Shown: positions 22,860-35,355, counted from the stretch's first letter. The stretch: 64,000 bases of DNA from Sporopachydermia quercuum (GCA_001599295.1 BCGN01000009.1:186001-250000), one strand, 5' to 3'. Numbers and translations are program-made. The notes: generated from the letters alone by a model not told the origin.

Positions 22860-25800
22860 TCATTTATCATCTGCGATGATCGTTTTATCCTTTTTTGTTT
22901 TCTTGGAGCTCAAGCTTGTTACCAACTTCTTCCCTGCTTGCGAGAACTTATTGAGTAATGAGCTAGTGCCTCTAGAATGGCCAAATAACGATAGTGAACT
23001 CGTTGTTGATACATTAGACGATTTTGATGCCGAAGAAACGATTGAGGTTTCAGAGTTTGTTCTTTTCAAAGGATGGAACACAAACCTTTTACCAGGGTCT
23101 TTACCAGTATCTTTTACATCGTTCATATTCATATTCATGTTCAAATTCGTAGAATCACCAGAGCTTTTGTTATCAGTCCCTTGATTGACTGTTGGCTGCA
23201 CGACAGCTGAAGTGGAGGGCACTGAGCTATCATCACTATTATTATTTTGGGTATAACTCGAACCTGGTGCTGCATCTACCCCCTGAATCATGTACTCGTC
23301 ATCGACATCCATATCAGCATCAATATTAAGACGAGCTCTGATGGCAGGCTGTATGTCGATTCTTCCTCTATTTTCGTTACGAACAGTAATACTGCGATCA
23401 CCATCCATCCCATTATTCTTGTTCTTACTATGACCTTCGGTTTCTCCTTCAGTGGATGATTCCAATGCAGGTTTCTCATGCTCAATTTTCTTTCCTTGCA
23501 CTTCAGCTTCACTCTCAAGGAAACCTCCTGTGGCTTGCTCAGAAAAATCGACTATTTGCATATCACCATCTAACGAGTAGCCATACTGAAGACTGAATAA
23601 ACTGATAGGATCATCTTCGTTATTCCTAAAATTCATAACGGATGGCTTTCGATGCAGCGAAGTTTTACTGTCATTAGCGTAACTACGAGGAGTATCATTT
23701 GAGCTTCTACCGTTATCAGTTCTGTTTTCAGTAGTGCTTTCACTATAGGGAACATTGCTGTTAATGCTGGAATTAACTGCACTGGTGCTGATGTTGTTGT
23801 TGAAAATGTTGCTGCTCCTGCTATCTTCACTTCTGGACTTTGAAGCAATCATTTCTTTCTTTTTCTCAGTTAAGCGCCGATCTTCAAACCCAGGACTCAT
23901 ATCATTAGCGTCAACAAACGTTTCATTCTCATCATCATCATCATCATCGTTGTCGTCATTATCGTTATTAATACCGTCATTAGTACTGGTATTGTTGCTT
24001 CCAGTATTACTTTTACTGCCGCTATTGTTTCCGTTATCCATCCTGCTAATGCTATCAACTTCGCTATTGCCATTTACCTGGTCAAGGCTCTGCAATCTAT
24101 CAACATGCGCCCTATCATCAGCAACGTCTACATCATCCTCGTCTTCATAATGAACTAAGGGATTAATGCTAAACTCGTAATCATCATCAATGTCGTTTCC
24201 TAGGACACTCTTAAATAGCGTCTGTTCGTTCATCGGTGATCCTAATCTATTCCGCTTATCATTTCCTATCTCACTTGCCGTTCTCTTCAGAAGATCTTCA
24301 TTTTGCTTAGTGCTATTAGTCATGTCAGTACTCCTGTTTCTACTAAACCTTTCACTCAAGTCTTTTCCTATTGTCATAGAGTAGTAGTTACCATCTAGTC
24401 CGATATCATGCCTTTTACTATTACCAGCGTTGAAATAAAGATGAGGATTCTCATCATCAAAACCAATGCCTACTGATCCTTTGTTTCTTTCATTACTATT
24501 ATTAGCAAAACTATTAACGCTGCTTCTATTATTGCTATTGCTACCATATGAATACTCTTTCTTAGACTCTTCGCATTGAATGATAGCTCCGCCAATATCA
24601 AAATGGCTTAATTGCGACGAATAGTTCTCTACTAAATGAATAATGATACTTTTCATATTCTTTTTAAACTTTGGCTTCGCACTTCCTAGTTTGATGCTTT
24701 CCAAGAAGTCTAAACAGCTGGAGTTCGCTAGATTGCCCTTTAATTCTGTTTCAATGAGCATATTAATAACAGGCTCAAACACCTTACCGGCAATGAAACA
24801 GCGTGTATAGAGATCATCGTTAAGAATGACAAGTTGCTTGAGACATCGTAACGCTGCTAGTCTTACTTGCATATTCTTTGGATTGGTATCACCAATTAGA
24901 ATAGCAATTGATGACAATATCTTGTTTTCTATGAAGAACTGTTTGGATATTCTCCCATGACTTTTAGCACAGAACGCTACTAAATCACATAGATTAGAGT
25001 ATACAATTCTGTCAGCAAGGTTGAAATTAGTTAGCTGGTTATGGCTATTATGGGTGCTGTTGATGTTGCTACGATTACAGCGATCCTGTTGCTTTTTACT
25101 GATATTTCCATCTTGCTGATGTTTCATAAGACCAATCAATGGTTTAAATAGTATCATGGCAAATGTTTTATAGAAAGCAGTCAGAAACCGGCTTGATTCC
25201 AGACTATTGTCTGAGCTTTCACTTGAAAACAAACCGTTTGAGTCAGCTGAGATCGAATGGAAACACCCGGGTGATAACTTGCCGGGACTTCCAGTACTGT
25301 TACTGCTAGTGCAGCTGGTACTGCTGGTAGTGGAAGTNAAAGAATTAGACGGTTCTATCCAGCTTGAATCCAGTAGAGCTTTCAAAGCAGTGTTGGCCTG
25401 TATTTTCAAGCCAATGTCTGGATCGTTCAACAGTAGGTTTATTAGAATTGCTAGCAATGGTATTTCGCTTTCATGGAACGAAGTTATGCTAGCCATCGGG
25501 AACTCGCTAATGGATGATCCGCTTTCAGTGTTACTGTCCTTTCTATTTTCTTTTTCATTTGGAATACTAACTTCTGTCGTGCTTTTTGCCTTTCCCTTTT
25601 CCTTTTGCTTACTGCTTGCGTGATCAAGCAAACATGAATGAATTAATACCAAGTCATGCTCAATAATAGAAACTATAAGCTCTGTTCCTGTAACACGTAT
25701 TGACAGTAATGGATCTTGCAAAGCAAACTCCAGTAGATCAAATAAACCTTTCCTTATAAACGTTTCAAACAGTACAGTTCTTAGTCCTGGTTGTAAAGTC

Positions 25801-27017
25801 TTTGCAGTATTTGTTAGCTGATGTACTAGCTTCACGCCATTTCGCATAAGCTCCAAATCTGCTTTGCTTAGAAGCGCCACATTGAAAGGCTCGATCTTCC
25901 TGGGAGGCTTATAAATTTGAAAGAGCTTTTGAAAAAAAGTTTCATCGGATTTGACGTAATTCATGATCTCTACTTGATTCATGAATATGATTGACGTTAT
26001 GGAGTTCAGCGTTGCATCATCCAGTATTCTTGCTAATACAACATCTTTCAGAAACTGTAAACGAAAGGTTGCTTTCAGTTTATCCAGAATTGCTTTACTT
26101 TCAATAGGTATCACCTCCTTTATCCTTGATTCATCCAGTAGATATTCACGATGACTTGCTTTAAATCTAGGGAACTCTGGATCGTATTCCAGTATCCCAA
26201 CCGATCCTATTATACATTCATCTGTAACTAGTTTCTCCAGCAATGGTCTATCGTTCAATAAAATAAGATATTTCAGTATTTTACATAGTTCATGTAATTC
26301 TGATAGTTTCCTTTGTTTTTCTGCTTCATTAAAAAGATCTATCAATCTCGGTAGGTAGTTCTTTTCAATGATGAACTTCGAAAGCATTTCTCGTGAATAC
26401 TGTGAAAGTGCAGCCTGGGAAACAGCATCCATTACAGCAAACACGTCATCTAGACAAGGGTTTTCTACCGGATACTGAACTGGGCCCGCTAGAATCTCAG
26501 TGAATTCACCTTCACTTCCGTCGTTGCCAGGAAATATTATGGCGACAACGGAAATATCAGGACAATGATTTCTTTGTAGATAGACCAAGAAGTCGCAGAT
26601 TTGAGTGCATCCTTCGGCTTCCTGGAAGCTTAATGCCATATCCATAGGACCAGGTGATTGCTTTGTTTCTAGAGAGGTGGCCCTAGTACTAGTTTCCTGC
26701 TGTGGGCCAGTTTCTGTACTGGAACTGCCACCATCAGCATTGGGCTCACTGGAGGGTTGTAAATCAGCCTGGGGTTCGGGCTCTGTCCAAACAACAAGAG
26801 TGTCCTGCTGTTTCTGGAACTGTACGCCATTGGATTTTATTCTGGTCTTCAGTATTATCTGTGAGCTGTCCAGTTCATTTCTCACGGTTATCCTTGGTCC
26901 ATCTTCCGCTATTTCACCAGTGCAATATCCTGTTCCTTGGTCTGCCCAGTCGTTGTTTTCTAATCTATACACCTTTACTCTCCTAGGCGGAGTTGGCAAC
27001 TGTATGTCTGCTAGCAT
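22860..27017 (-). CDS. PSY2: Protein phosphatase 4 regulatory subunit 3 (Psy2/SMK-1)
   Basis: EVH1-like start (RRVKVYRLENNDWADQGTGYC, QKQQDTLVVW, ALSFQEAEGC) and SMK-1 domain (GILEYDPEFP, TFRLQFLKDVVLARILDD), followed by a long disordered tail. Confidence 0.94.
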   Translation of the reverse strand: MLADIQLPTPPRRVKVYRLENNDWADQGTGYCTGEIAEDGPRITVRNELDSSQIILKTRIKSNGVQFQKQQDTLVVWTEPEPQADLQPSSEPNADGGSSSTETGPQQETSTRATSLETKQSPGPMDMALSFQEAEGCTQICDFLVYLQRNHCPDISVVAIIFPGNDGSEGEFTEILAGPVQYPVENPCLDDVFAVMDAVSQAALSQYSREMLSKFIIEKNYLPRLIDLFNEAEKQRKLSELHELCKILKYLILLNDRPLLEKLVTDECIIGSVGILEYDPEFPRFKASHREYLLDESRIKEVIPIESKAILDKLKATFRLQFLKDVVLARILDDATLNSITSIIFMNQVEIMNYVKSDETFFQKLFQIYKPPRKIEPFNVALLSKADLELMRNGVKLVHQLTNTAKTLQPGLRTVLFETFIRKGLFDLLEFALQDPLLSIRVTGTELIVSIIEHDLVLIHSCLLDHASSKQKEKGKAKSTTEVSIPNEKENRKDSNTESGSSISEFPMASITSFHESEIPLLAILINLLLNDPDIGLKIQANTALKALLDSSWIEPSNSXTSTTSSTSCTSSNSTGSPGKLSPGCFHSISADSNGLFSSESSDNSLESSRFLTAFYKTFAMILFKPLIGLMKHQQDGNISKKQQDRCNRSNINSTHNSHNQLTNFNLADRIVYSNLCDLVAFCAKSHGRISKQFFIENKILSSIAILIGDTNPKNMQVRLAALRCLKQLVILNDDLYTRCFIAGKVFEPVINMLIETELKGNLANSSCLDFLESIKLGSAKPKFKKNMKSIIIHLVENYSSQLSHFDIGGAIIQCEESKKEYSYGSNSNNRSSVNSFANNSNERNKGSVGIGFDDENPHLYFNAGNSKRHDIGLDGNYYSMTIGKDLSERFSRNRSTDMTNSTKQNEDLLKRTASEIGNDKRNRLGSPMNEQTLFKSVLGNDIDDDYEFSINPLVHYEDEDDVDVADDRAHVDRLQSLDQVNGNSEVDSISRMDNGNNSGSKSNTGSNNTSTNDGINNDNDDNDDDDDDENETFVDANDMSPGFEDRRLTEKKKEMIASKSRSEDSRSSNIFNNNISTSAVNSSINSNVPYSESTTENRTDNGRSSNDTPRSYANDSKTSLHRKPSVMNFRNNEDDPISLFSLQYGYSLDGDMQIVDFSEQATGGFLESEAEVQGKKIEHEKPALESSTEGETEGHSKNKNNGMDGDRSITVRNENRGRIDIQPAIRARLNIDADMDVDDEYMIQGVDAAPGSSYTQNNNSDDSSVPSTSAVVQPTVNQGTDNKSSGDSTNLNMNMNMNDVKDTGKDPGKRFVFHPLKRTNSETSIVSSASKSSNVSTTSSLSLFGHSRGTSSLLNKFSQAGKKLVTSLSSKKTKKDKTIIADDK

Positions 27018-28540
27018 CCTTATCCTAGGTGAACTTAAGTTTAGGCGTAAGAGATAGTGTGCTATAGCTACAGCAACAGGCAGTTAGTTGAATCTTTCTG
27101 TAGTTGTTAATATCAGATAAGCAAATAAATACTAAAAGCTGCTACGTTACTTTTTGATGGTGAAGTAACATTACTTGATAGAAACCACTGAACTAGCCTA
27201 TAAAATAAAATAATTGTTGTGGAGCTTGTTGTAAAGTTGTGTTTCCTCTAAGAAAACAATGTACCAGCAAGACCTGTCAGGTTTGGGCTTTTGGAACCAA
27301 TTGTTTGTATTAAAAGCTGGTATGACGATTGTACACCAGAATTGTAGCTGATTGCCTATCAGATATAGGCTCTCCACAAGAGACCAACAGAACCTGGACG
27401 GTGAAAATCAGTTCAGTAAAGTTGATACGAAAGACAAAATCTGCTGAATAGTTTCTGAATACAAATGCTTCTTTTCTGTTTTAATAAACTTGCAGGCAAG
27501 AGCTGGAACTGTCTCCTGTTGTACGCTATACTCAATTAATGAAGGGAAGCAGTAGATTCCAGCGTCAGACGCGTGTGGAAGATAACATACGTAGAACAAA
27601 NTGGTGGAGGTATTTAGTAAAACACACACAGAATGAGATAACTAGAGACAAGCACCGTTTGATCTACAATATAATTATTGGCTATAAGATGTATAATCTG
27701 TCAGTAGATCGTTCATTGTTGGTGTTGGTCTAAGAATAAAGATGAAACATTGGGAAAGTAACACACACAAAAGAACAAAAGCAAAATGTTATTTGATGAG
27801 GCAAAACATGTGAAATAAGGTTTACGGATTATGCATGTTAATACGTCAAGGAAAAAGTTTAATTGAGTATAAGAAATGGAATGGAGAGAGGTTAGTTGTG
27901 ATTTAGAGGCAGAATTCTTTTGATAGAGAAAAAAAGGGAAATTAGGTCTTTGACATATTTGAGAGTCAATGATAGCATTGGTACTTTGGTCGGTTCCATT
28001 AGATGGAAATGACAAAGTATCAGGGAAGATAATAGGGATGATAAACCTAGATAAGGTTTGTGAAATTACGAAATCTATGCAGCTACTAGCCTAAAGCTAA
28101 TAAGTTTAAATTGTTAGGTAAAATGCTCCTAGTAGCAGCAGAGAAGCAAAGATATATGCAATGTGAACACTTTATGTATGGGTTTGAGTATCAAGGTACC
28201 AAAACTTTCTATTGAAACAAAATGGTGCAAAAATAGTTCTCAAGAGCTCGGCATTTGCTTTCCACGCAAAAAGAAATAAGGTTAAGGAGGCTAATATGTA
28301 TTACCTATTACGTTATTAAGGTTTCCTACAATTTTTATCTGCATAATCGTGCACCAATTATAAACTTTATACGACATTCAATTATACTCGAAAATACTGA
28401 AAATTCTCATAGATATAAACCAGAAATACTTCAATTCTTTCTTATATACTCAATTGCAGTTTAGCAACATTGAATCAGCAGAATACAGTATACTTTGCCG
28501 ATCTTTGAGCTCATACTGATTAACTAACACGCTCTCCCAA

Positions 28541-29458
28541 TCAAAGTTTCTCATCATTCTCAACAAGCAACTCGGTAACCTGATCAACTCCCGGATACTC
28601 AGGCACATCAAATCCCCATTTACCGGCTAATTTCTTAGTGACAAATCGACCACCTAAAAAGTGCCGTCCCATAGTGAAAAAACTGGCTGCTGGTTTTGGA
28701 GCTGTTAGACTTACTAACACATCTGGGGTAAATGTCTCATCAGGATTTATTTGTTCCGGGCCGGAGTCTACATCCCATCCTGATGGAATGTCGACGGAGG
28801 TAATTGGAATTTTGGAGATAGTAGACGTTGATATTTTATTCAATAGCCCAATTATCTTATCGAAAGGTTCCCTGACTGGTGGATGAAATGAAAAGCCGAA
28901 CAGCGCATCAATGATTTGTAGATCGGGTTTACTCTGCTGTGAAGCTAACTCCACTTTTTGCTGAACTTCTTCAAAAGTTTCAATGAACGGAATATCAAAT
29001 TGATGTAATTGAGTCTGCAAGTTAGTAAACAAAGTACCTTTAGTTTTTTTCGGGTAGAAAACTGAAGGTGAGTAACCAAACAATTTCAGATGTCTAGCTG
29101 CTACTAGTCCATCCCCACCATTATTACCTGGACCAACCAGGACTAAAATATTCTGGTTTGTTGTAGGTGGATACGACTTATAAACAGCTTGAGCAACAGA
29201 CAACCCAGCGAGTTCCATCTACCAATTTGTGTTAGCGGTGAATACTTCCTTTATCCTATAAATCTTGTATATAGGTAAATGCTGAGTAAATGCTGTTTAC
29301 ATACTAATTGATCTAATGAGAATCCTTGAGTCGACATGAGCTCTTTATCCAGGGCAGCAGCAGCAGCAGCAGATAGAAACTGAAGATGTCGTTAGAACCC
29401 CAAACGAGAAACTAAAAGCACCGGAAGAAAAATTTAATCATACTTTTGCTTTGCTCAT
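28541..29458 (-). CDS. NNR1: NAD(P)HX epimerase (YjeF N-terminal family); exons 29458-29444, 29379-29305, 29218-28541
   Basis: Spliced MSKAK|FLSAAAAAALDKELMSTQGFSLDQL|MELAGLSVAQAV, with motifs GPGNNGGDGLVAARHL, DALFGFSF, SVDIPSGW and VSLTAPK. Two phase-0 introns. Confidence 0.93.
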
Positions 29459-29974
29459 GATTAGTATGAACAACGGATATGGATTATATCTTGTATGAGA
29501 GATTTGGCACAGACTAAGAATGAATGAGCAATAAAGTAACTGGGCAGCAGTGATAATACTATCTTAACTTCCTTTTCCTGAAACTAACTTAACGCAAAAT
29601 AATTGATTCCACTACAATGAAAATATATAAATCCTTTTAATATCACTCATAAAACATTCAAATACAATGAATATTATAACAAGACAAGCAAAAAATGATG
29701 GATGAGATGAACTCTTAGCTTGTATGGGGTAAAAATCATGTGGTAACTGATGAGAGGATAAAACATTATGTAATCATAAAATGAAATATTGCGTGGGAAA
29801 TAATAGCGGAAACTATTAAATTGAGGAAGTACAGATATTCTCCGCAATTTACCTATATTCAAGGAATGAACTTATAACTTGAATTTATTTACAATACAGA
29901 ACCCATAAAGGGTGGAGATATACACAGAAAATGATTGTCCAACACAAAGACCTGGAGTACTCCACCAGTCCTCT

Positions 29975-31528
29975 CTAACGACCAGATATTTGCTTCACCA
30001 TGAAGTCCTTCAAAGGGTCAATTGCATTCACCATCTTAAGGCCTAGGCTACGAACAGCTACAATTGGTCCTAGATCAGTAGAATAGATCTTGTGCAATTT
30101 GTCAACAATTCCAAGCAATGCATGATTTACCGGATACCTATCAGCCCAATAGTTCTCTAAGGCAAACTTCACACCAATATCCAAACCACGATTCATCGAC
30201 TTAGATATTGTCTCCACTAATGCTGCCACATCTCCTTGTCCCATGTTCAATCCTTGACCAGCTAGAGGATGCGTTGTATGAGCGGCATCTCCCACTAACG
30301 CAACTCTTTCTTCAACATAAGTATCAGCATGCGTGAGCTTCAAAGGGAACCTTGCTCTGCTGCCTTCTTCAACAGATATAATGGGATTGGGATAATTGTC
30401 CAAGTTAGTCTTAGAACCAGCTTGATCGAGCCTCCATTGGACTTCTGAAGCAATTTGATCCGATTTTCCTTCTTCCATCAATGTGTATAAATAATCTAGA
30501 TCTATTTGGTCAAGAACGAAACCAGCATTGACCAGGGAACAGAAAGCTGTAGGCTCGAGCTCAACAAGCTTCTTGGAGAGCTCAGGTGTTGTAGACCAAA
30601 CCAATGTAGCATTATCACTAGGTAGTGGTAGTAAGGCCAAGGGTCCCGTGGGTAGAAATCTTTGCCAGGCGGTGTTACGAAAATCTTCCCATTCAAGCTT
30701 CAATGAGGCGACGACACCCCATTTGTTGTATGCCCAGCCGTTAGAGTCAATTTTGGCAAAGTTTCTGACAGGGGAATTTGCTCCATCAGCTCCTACTAGT
30801 AGTCTTGTTGCTATCTGACTACCATCCGACAAGGTAACAACTGGCCATTCTGGCGATTTATCTGACTCATCTCCAGAAGCATTTGGCAGCGTTTCTAGCT
30901 TTGAGAATGTTTCAATCGATAACACTTTGATGTTGTCTCTAATTTTAATAAGCGTTTCAGTTTCACTATTCATTTCTTCAATTCTATTCAACAGTGCTGA
31001 TTGTAGATTCAGATTCTCACACATTGTTGCAATATCGTTGTGCTCAAAATTGATACGAGCATCATCAACTAGGCCATCATAAGCAACGATTTCATCGTAA
31101 AATTTGACTCTGTCATGAGCAATATGATTCCATGCGCCAATTTTCTCGAGGTATTTAACTGAAGCAGGTGTCAAAGAGGAGCATCTATTGGAGAAACGTC
31201 TTTCAGGGCTTTGGTGATTATAGTCCTTGATCTTATGAAGATCGCCAGCTTCTATTAAAACAGTTCTTAAACCAGCTGTAATAGGATTAAATTTTAGCGC
31301 TGTAGCTAGAGTTAAGCCAGCAGGGCCTCCACCAACAATAACTACGTCTGCTGACTCAATCTTAGCACTTTTCGGTGACTCATTCTCAGTCTTTGCTTGC
31401 TGTCTGAAATAAGAGCTTTGGCTGAACAAACGACGATTCGAGCCTAATGACACATTTACACAAAATCGGCCTATTCTGTATGGTTTGATTTTGACAGCTC
31501 TTATAGTTATCAAATGGGCATTCACCAT
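29975..31528 (-). CDS. COQ6: Ubiquinone biosynthesis flavin monooxygenase Coq6
   Basis: FAD motifs (DVVIVGGGPAGL, LLVGADGANSPVR, RVALVGDAAHTTHPLAGQGLNMG). Start placed at MVNAHL (31528), which begins an Arg-rich presequence-like stretch. The ORF is open to the ATG at 31762, so the start is uncertain. Confidence 0.92.
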   Translation of the reverse strand: MVNAHLITIRAVKIKPYRIGRFCVNVSLGSNRRLFSQSSYFRQQAKTENESPKSAKIESADVVIVGGGPAGLTLATALKFNPITAGLRTVLIEAGDLHKIKDYNHQSPERRFSNRCSSLTPASVKYLEKIGAWNHIAHDRVKFYDEIVAYDGLVDDARINFEHNDIATMCENLNLQSALLNRIEEMNSETETLIKIRDNIKVLSIETFSKLETLPNASGDESDKSPEWPVVTLSDGSQIATRLLVGADGANSPVRNFAKIDSNGWAYNKWGVVASLKLEWEDFRNTAWQRFLPTGPLALLPLPSDNATLVWSTTPELSKKLVELEPTAFCSLVNAGFVLDQIDLDYLYTLMEEGKSDQIASEVQWRLDQAGSKTNLDNYPNPIISVEEGSRARFPLKLTHADTYVEERVALVGDAAHTTHPLAGQGLNMGQGDVAALVETISKSMNRGLDIGVKFALENYWADRYPVNHALLGIVDKLHKIYSTDLGPIVAVRSLGLKMVNAIDPLKDFMVKQISGR

Positions 31529-31977
31529 GATAAATAGATCTACACTTGACTTCTGGATTGTTGGTGATGTATTGGGGGAGAAAAGGCCAGATATCCACTT
31601 TGAAGTACTGCCAGTAATCTGGTACCAACGTTTGAAAAGTCTAGCACAACAGTTACAATTGTCAATAATTACCCTTATAATATGGTCAAACACGTATATG
31701 TTCGCCATAATATCAAACAATGACAGGGAAATCAGTTGATGAATGTCTTTGCTTTTTCCCATTAGTTATAGGATGATGTTGTATAAAATTGGATTAAAGT
31801 TTCAGAGTCATGCCAAATGTATGCACGCTATATGTAATCTGCTGCAAATAATCTGCACGGTCCATGCATAAGTACAAATGTACTTGTATGTAACCACATT
31901 GGGTTCAGGTTACAAAAATGTCACATTACCAAAGGTTACCCTTTGAAACTAATCCTATTACTTTTAAGGTCAAATAC

Positions 31978-31985
31978 TCACGTGA
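31978..31985. promoter_or_regulatory. Palindromic E-box TCACGTGA (Cbf1-type site) in the divergent COQ6/FOL1 promoter
   Basis: Exact motif match. CACGTG also occurs in intergenic DNA near 12773, 17991, 48370 and 62690. Function is inferred only. Confidence 0.45.
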
Positions 31986-32380
31986 TGAATAAAATTCAAC
32001 TTCAATTCACAATTTATTATATTATTGAACATTTTTTGGTTATTAACCCCACTCATTTATTAGATATTATCAGCATTCTCAACTTCAGCTAAAATAAGAT
32101 TAATCTAGGAAAAGTATTATAGAAATTGCCAGCTTGTTCATATCTCTCTTGCAGGTGTTCCAACCATACCCCATGAAGAGAGTGCTCCATAGAGGTAGTA
32201 TCGCGCTTTTTACAATAACTGCGTGATATCGTACAATCTGTCGATAGTACTATCCGCTAGAACAGGCACACTTTGCAATCAGGACAGTTCACTGAATTAG
32301 GAACTCGATACGTTGATCTGATTCCTCTTTATTTTTTGTTAACGAATCATAGACTTCATTCTCTAGTAAGCATACATCAA

Positions 32381-34960
32381 ATGAGCATTTGGAAAGGATT
32401 TAACACATTTAAAGGAATAACATTGCGAGGGGGATTTGGACTCCGACTCAATAACATGAAAAGATCATTCAACACTTCTTGTGTATGTTTAGGCACCAGC
32501 GATACGGTTTTCATAAATAACTTATCACTGAAAGCTTGGACTGGGAAGGACGCTTGGGATAGACCGTTGGCACAACCAATCGGCGTTTCAATTGAGCTAA
32601 AATCTTCTATTACTAAAGCGGGCGAAGATGATGATCTACAGTACTCTTTGAACTATGCTGTTATCTCTAGAAATGTCACAGATAGTATAGAAGGTCATGT
32701 TGGATCAAATCATAATGCCAAGTTTGATAGTCTTATAGATGTAGCGGAAAAAGTTGCTACCGTTGTTCTTGACCAAGAGAAAGGAGGAGGGAAATGGGCA
32801 AAGGTCAATATTCGCAGTTCCAAAGCGTTGTTGAGAGCCAAGGTTGTTGACATATCAATTATAAGAGAAGTAAGTCAAGAATTTCACTGTATTATTGATC
32901 CTATTGGCAGAAATCAAATCAAAATTCAAGATATTGACGTCATGACAATTATTGGAGTATTTGGATTTGAAAGACTCCAAAAACAAAAAGTCATATTAGA
33001 TCTCTCTATTGAAATGAAAGATTTAAGTAAAGGCCGGATGATTGATCTTCATAACGTATCTGTCGTTGCGAGCAATTTTGTCGAGACCTCCAAATTCAAG
33101 ACAGTTGAAGCATTGGCTACATCTGTTGCTCAAGTTGTATGTCAAGAGTTTCCCGTGGATCAAATTACAGTGAAAGTGCAGAAGCCAAATGCTATTACGT
33201 TTGCTGATGGTGTTGGCGTCAGTATTACTAGGACCCCTTCATCTTTTGAGCAGTTTCAACCAATTAGACTGTATAATAATCATAATATTAACACACCTGG
33301 ATCACCAGAACCAGAGACTCTTTACCCATTGGAAGAGCTGCCTTCGCAGTCTGTTCTGAAAGATCTTCATGAAGTATACATTGCCTTTGGTACTAACGAA
33401 GGAGACTCTCTGATTAATATTGAAACTGCAATAAAAGAACTGAACTCTAGAAACATAAAAGTGAAGTATACGTCCTCACTGTATGAATCCGAACCTATGT
33501 ACTATACCGACCAAGCGAAGTTTGTGAATGGAGTCGTTTACTGCATCACTGAATTAGAACCTTTGGACTTATTAGATGCTCTACAGGATATTGAATCGAA
33601 CGTATTAAAGAGAGTTAAACTGATTGACAAAGGACCTCGAACAATTGATTTGGATATCGTTTTATATGATGATTTGGCATATCAACATCCGAGGTTAACG
33701 ATTCCTCATATTGGTCTTCTAGAACGGTCATTTGTTCTACAGCCACTATGCGATATCATCCCTCCAACAGCATTACATCCCTTGACTGCGGAAACGTTTC
33801 ATTCACATTTAGAACAACTACCCGAACCTGATACTTCTGTTCAAACGTCCTCAAATCTGGTAACACTGCTACCTGTAATCACCAGAAGAGATCATGGCAA
33901 AACTACAAGAAAAACTATTTCTTTTGATCCTTTCAATAAAACTAAAGCTACGGAAATTATGGGTATACTGAATGCTACCCCAGATTCATTTTCTGATGGT
34001 GGAAAGAACTACAGTTTAAGAGATTTGATTGATAATGCCAAATATATGATTGATAACGGTGCCTCTATACTAGATATAGGTGGATGCTCTACAAGACCAG
34101 GCTCAAGACCTGTGAGTATAGCAGAAGAGATCGACCGCGTTGTTCCTGCTATAGAAGCAATCAGAACATCGGAAGATGAGAAACTGAAGAATTGTACAAT
34201 ATCTGTTGATACATACAGGGCCCAAGTCGCTGAAGCAGCTATCAATGCTGGAGCCAATATCATAAACGACATCTCTGGAGGTAAGTTCGATCCTGATATG
34301 TTCAAATTGGTTGCTGAAACAGGTGTTTCTATCATTTTGAATCATACTCGTGGTAGCCCTGAAGATATGTGGAGTAAAGAGCTATGCAATTATACATTAG
34401 AAACAGAACAAGATGGAGATACTGTTGAGTATGATGGCAATGGAGGAATTCTTTCCGGTAATACTAAGGCTTATGCAGATATAGTATGCAGAGTTGTAGC
34501 TCGTGAGCTTGCTGCTCAAGTTAATAAAGCCTTTGAACAAGGAGTAAGAAGATGGCAGATGATTCTCGATCCTGGTTTAGGATTTTCCAAAGGATTGAAA
34601 GAAAACCTTGCAATAATCAAGAAGTTTGATGCTATCACCGGTTACTCAAGAGTTGTTTATTCATCATCATCATGTAATAGTGAAGAACTAGATTTGTCGT
34701 ACGTACCATTGAAAGGTTTACCCCAACTTTTGGGACCTTCAAGAAAGAGATTTATAGGTACTTTGACTTCATTTCCAGCTGTTACGAGTAATGCTGCTGA
34801 ATCTGCCGAATATGTTGATAAGGAAAGGACAATTGGAACTGCTTCGTCAATAGTTTCCTGTGTTGCTGCAGGAGCTGATATTGTCAGAGTTCATGATGTA
34901 TATGAAATGAGAAAAGCAGTCCAATATGCTGATGCTTTATACAGAGACATTGTGGCATAA
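32381..34960 (+). CDS. FOL1: Trifunctional folate synthesis protein (two DHNA domains, HPPK, DHPS) with a presequence-like N-terminus
   Basis: DDLQYSLNYAVIS, IIGVFGFERLQKQ, YIAFGTNEG, KGPRTIDLDIVLY, MGILNATPDSFSDGG, ISVDTYRA, ILDPGLGFSK, GPSRKRFIG and IVRVHDV. First ATG at 32381. Confidence 0.96.
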   Translation: MSIWKGFNTFKGITLRGGFGLRLNNMKRSFNTSCVCLGTSDTVFINNLSLKAWTGKDAWDRPLAQPIGVSIELKSSITKAGEDDDLQYSLNYAVISRNVTDSIEGHVGSNHNAKFDSLIDVAEKVATVVLDQEKGGGKWAKVNIRSSKALLRAKVVDISIIREVSQEFHCIIDPIGRNQIKIQDIDVMTIIGVFGFERLQKQKVILDLSIEMKDLSKGRMIDLHNVSVVASNFVETSKFKTVEALATSVAQVVCQEFPVDQITVKVQKPNAITFADGVGVSITRTPSSFEQFQPIRLYNNHNINTPGSPEPETLYPLEELPSQSVLKDLHEVYIAFGTNEGDSLINIETAIKELNSRNIKVKYTSSLYESEPMYYTDQAKFVNGVVYCITELEPLDLLDALQDIESNVLKRVKLIDKGPRTIDLDIVLYDDLAYQHPRLTIPHIGLLERSFVLQPLCDIIPPTALHPLTAETFHSHLEQLPEPDTSVQTSSNLVTLLPVITRRDHGKTTRKTISFDPFNKTKATEIMGILNATPDSFSDGGKNYSLRDLIDNAKYMIDNGASILDIGGCSTRPGSRPVSIAEEIDRVVPAIEAIRTSEDEKLKNCTISVDTYRAQVAEAAINAGANIINDISGGKFDPDMFKLVAETGVSIILNHTRGSPEDMWSKELCNYTLETEQDGDTVEYDGNGGILSGNTKAYADIVCRVVARELAAQVNKAFEQGVRRWQMILDPGLGFSKGLKENLAIIKKFDAITGYSRVVYSSSSCNSEELDLSYVPLKGLPQLLGPSRKRFIGTLTSFPAVTSNAAESAEYVDKERTIGTASSIVSCVAAGADIVRVHDVYEMRKAVQYADALYRDIVA

Positions 34961-35342
34961 AAGAGAGGAAGACTAGGAAACCAGAACAGAAGGAGGAGGA
35001 GAGGAGGAAAAGGAGAAGGGCAATTGAAGTACAAGTAACTATAAACATCTTAGACATATAATAATAATACTAAAAATAATAGGTAATAATAACTACTCCT
35101 ACGGAACTCTTTGAATCTTTGAGATAGTCTGAATATACACCAAATCAGTCAACATTTTCACTTTCCGCCAATAAACTATATGCAGGATTGTGCAACATTA
35201 TGCAAACGCATGCAAATATATGTCTACTTTGCGTATAGTACAATATATTGCTATTCTAAGTAACATTATTCCCAATTGTACATATATCCAAAACAAGTAT
35301 TCATTTCCCTTTAAAGCAAGAAATTACCCTCCTTTTGAGATC

Positions 35343-35355
35343 TGAAATTTTTTCA
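35343..35355. promoter_or_regulatory. RRPE-like element upstream of GIS2
   Basis: TGAAATTTTTTCA about 280 nt upstream of the ATG resembles the ribosome-biogenesis RRPE motif. Confidence 0.4.

Noticed and set aside
31529..32380. Long N-terminal extensions of COQ6 and FOL1 shown in the ORF track
   Set aside because: They do not resemble the proteins or presequences, and the FOL1 one starts at TTG. Downstream ATGs give plausible mitochondrial leaders. The COQ6 start remains uncertain.
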